From Chrysomallon squamiferum (taxonomy: Eukaryota; Animalia; Mollusca), in contig CM022673.1 in the NCBI GenBank assembly GCA_012295275.1, positions 13,454,001-13,518,000 on the forward strand: 64,000 bases of DNA, given 5' to 3'. This document shows positions 63,920-64,000 of this stretch, in pieces. Both the position numbers and the translations under genes were made by a program. Below the pieces are notes generated by a model, which saw nothing but the letters and a program-made list of their open reading frames with translations, did not search any database and was not told where the DNA came from. Within the stretch, counting starts at the first letter, position 1. Each line of letters begins with the position of its first letter.

Positions 63920-64000
63920 GTAAAATTTTTCTTTATGTTAGAGGAATAAATAAATACAAGTGCATAATACCATAACATGATAAAATGTTCATAATACTGT

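Overview
This is eukaryotic (animal, probably lophotrochozoan/mollusc-like; species cannot be determined) AT-rich, microsatellite-rich genomic DNA, not a prokaryotic locus. Reading GT-AG exon chains by hand gives six protein-coding genes: TACO1/YebC-family (+, 648-2765, 5 coding exons); a single-coding-exon secreted, probably GPI-anchored LRR protein with a Thr/Ser stalk (+, 6418-7878); FTCD (-, 14 exons, 540 aa); ZMYND11/BS69 (+, 13 coding exons, 605 aa), head-to-head with FTCD; a C10orf67-like (DUF4709/DUF4724) coiled-coil gene (-, about 20 exons) whose largest exon has a 1-nt frameshift; and the 5' part of DNAJC28 (+), head-to-head with the C10orf67-like gene. There is also a small TIR element (MITE) and several minisatellites. 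The most unusual signals are: (i) tandem repeats whose units are copies of real splice junctions, at about ten junctions in four genes; (ii) two frame-preserving microexon candidates (9 nt and 12 nt); (iii) the VLR-like architecture of the LRR protein; (iv) the frameshift. I found no CRISPR, tRNA, rRNA or autonomous transposon ORF. All gene names come from recalled motif similarity, not from database searches.
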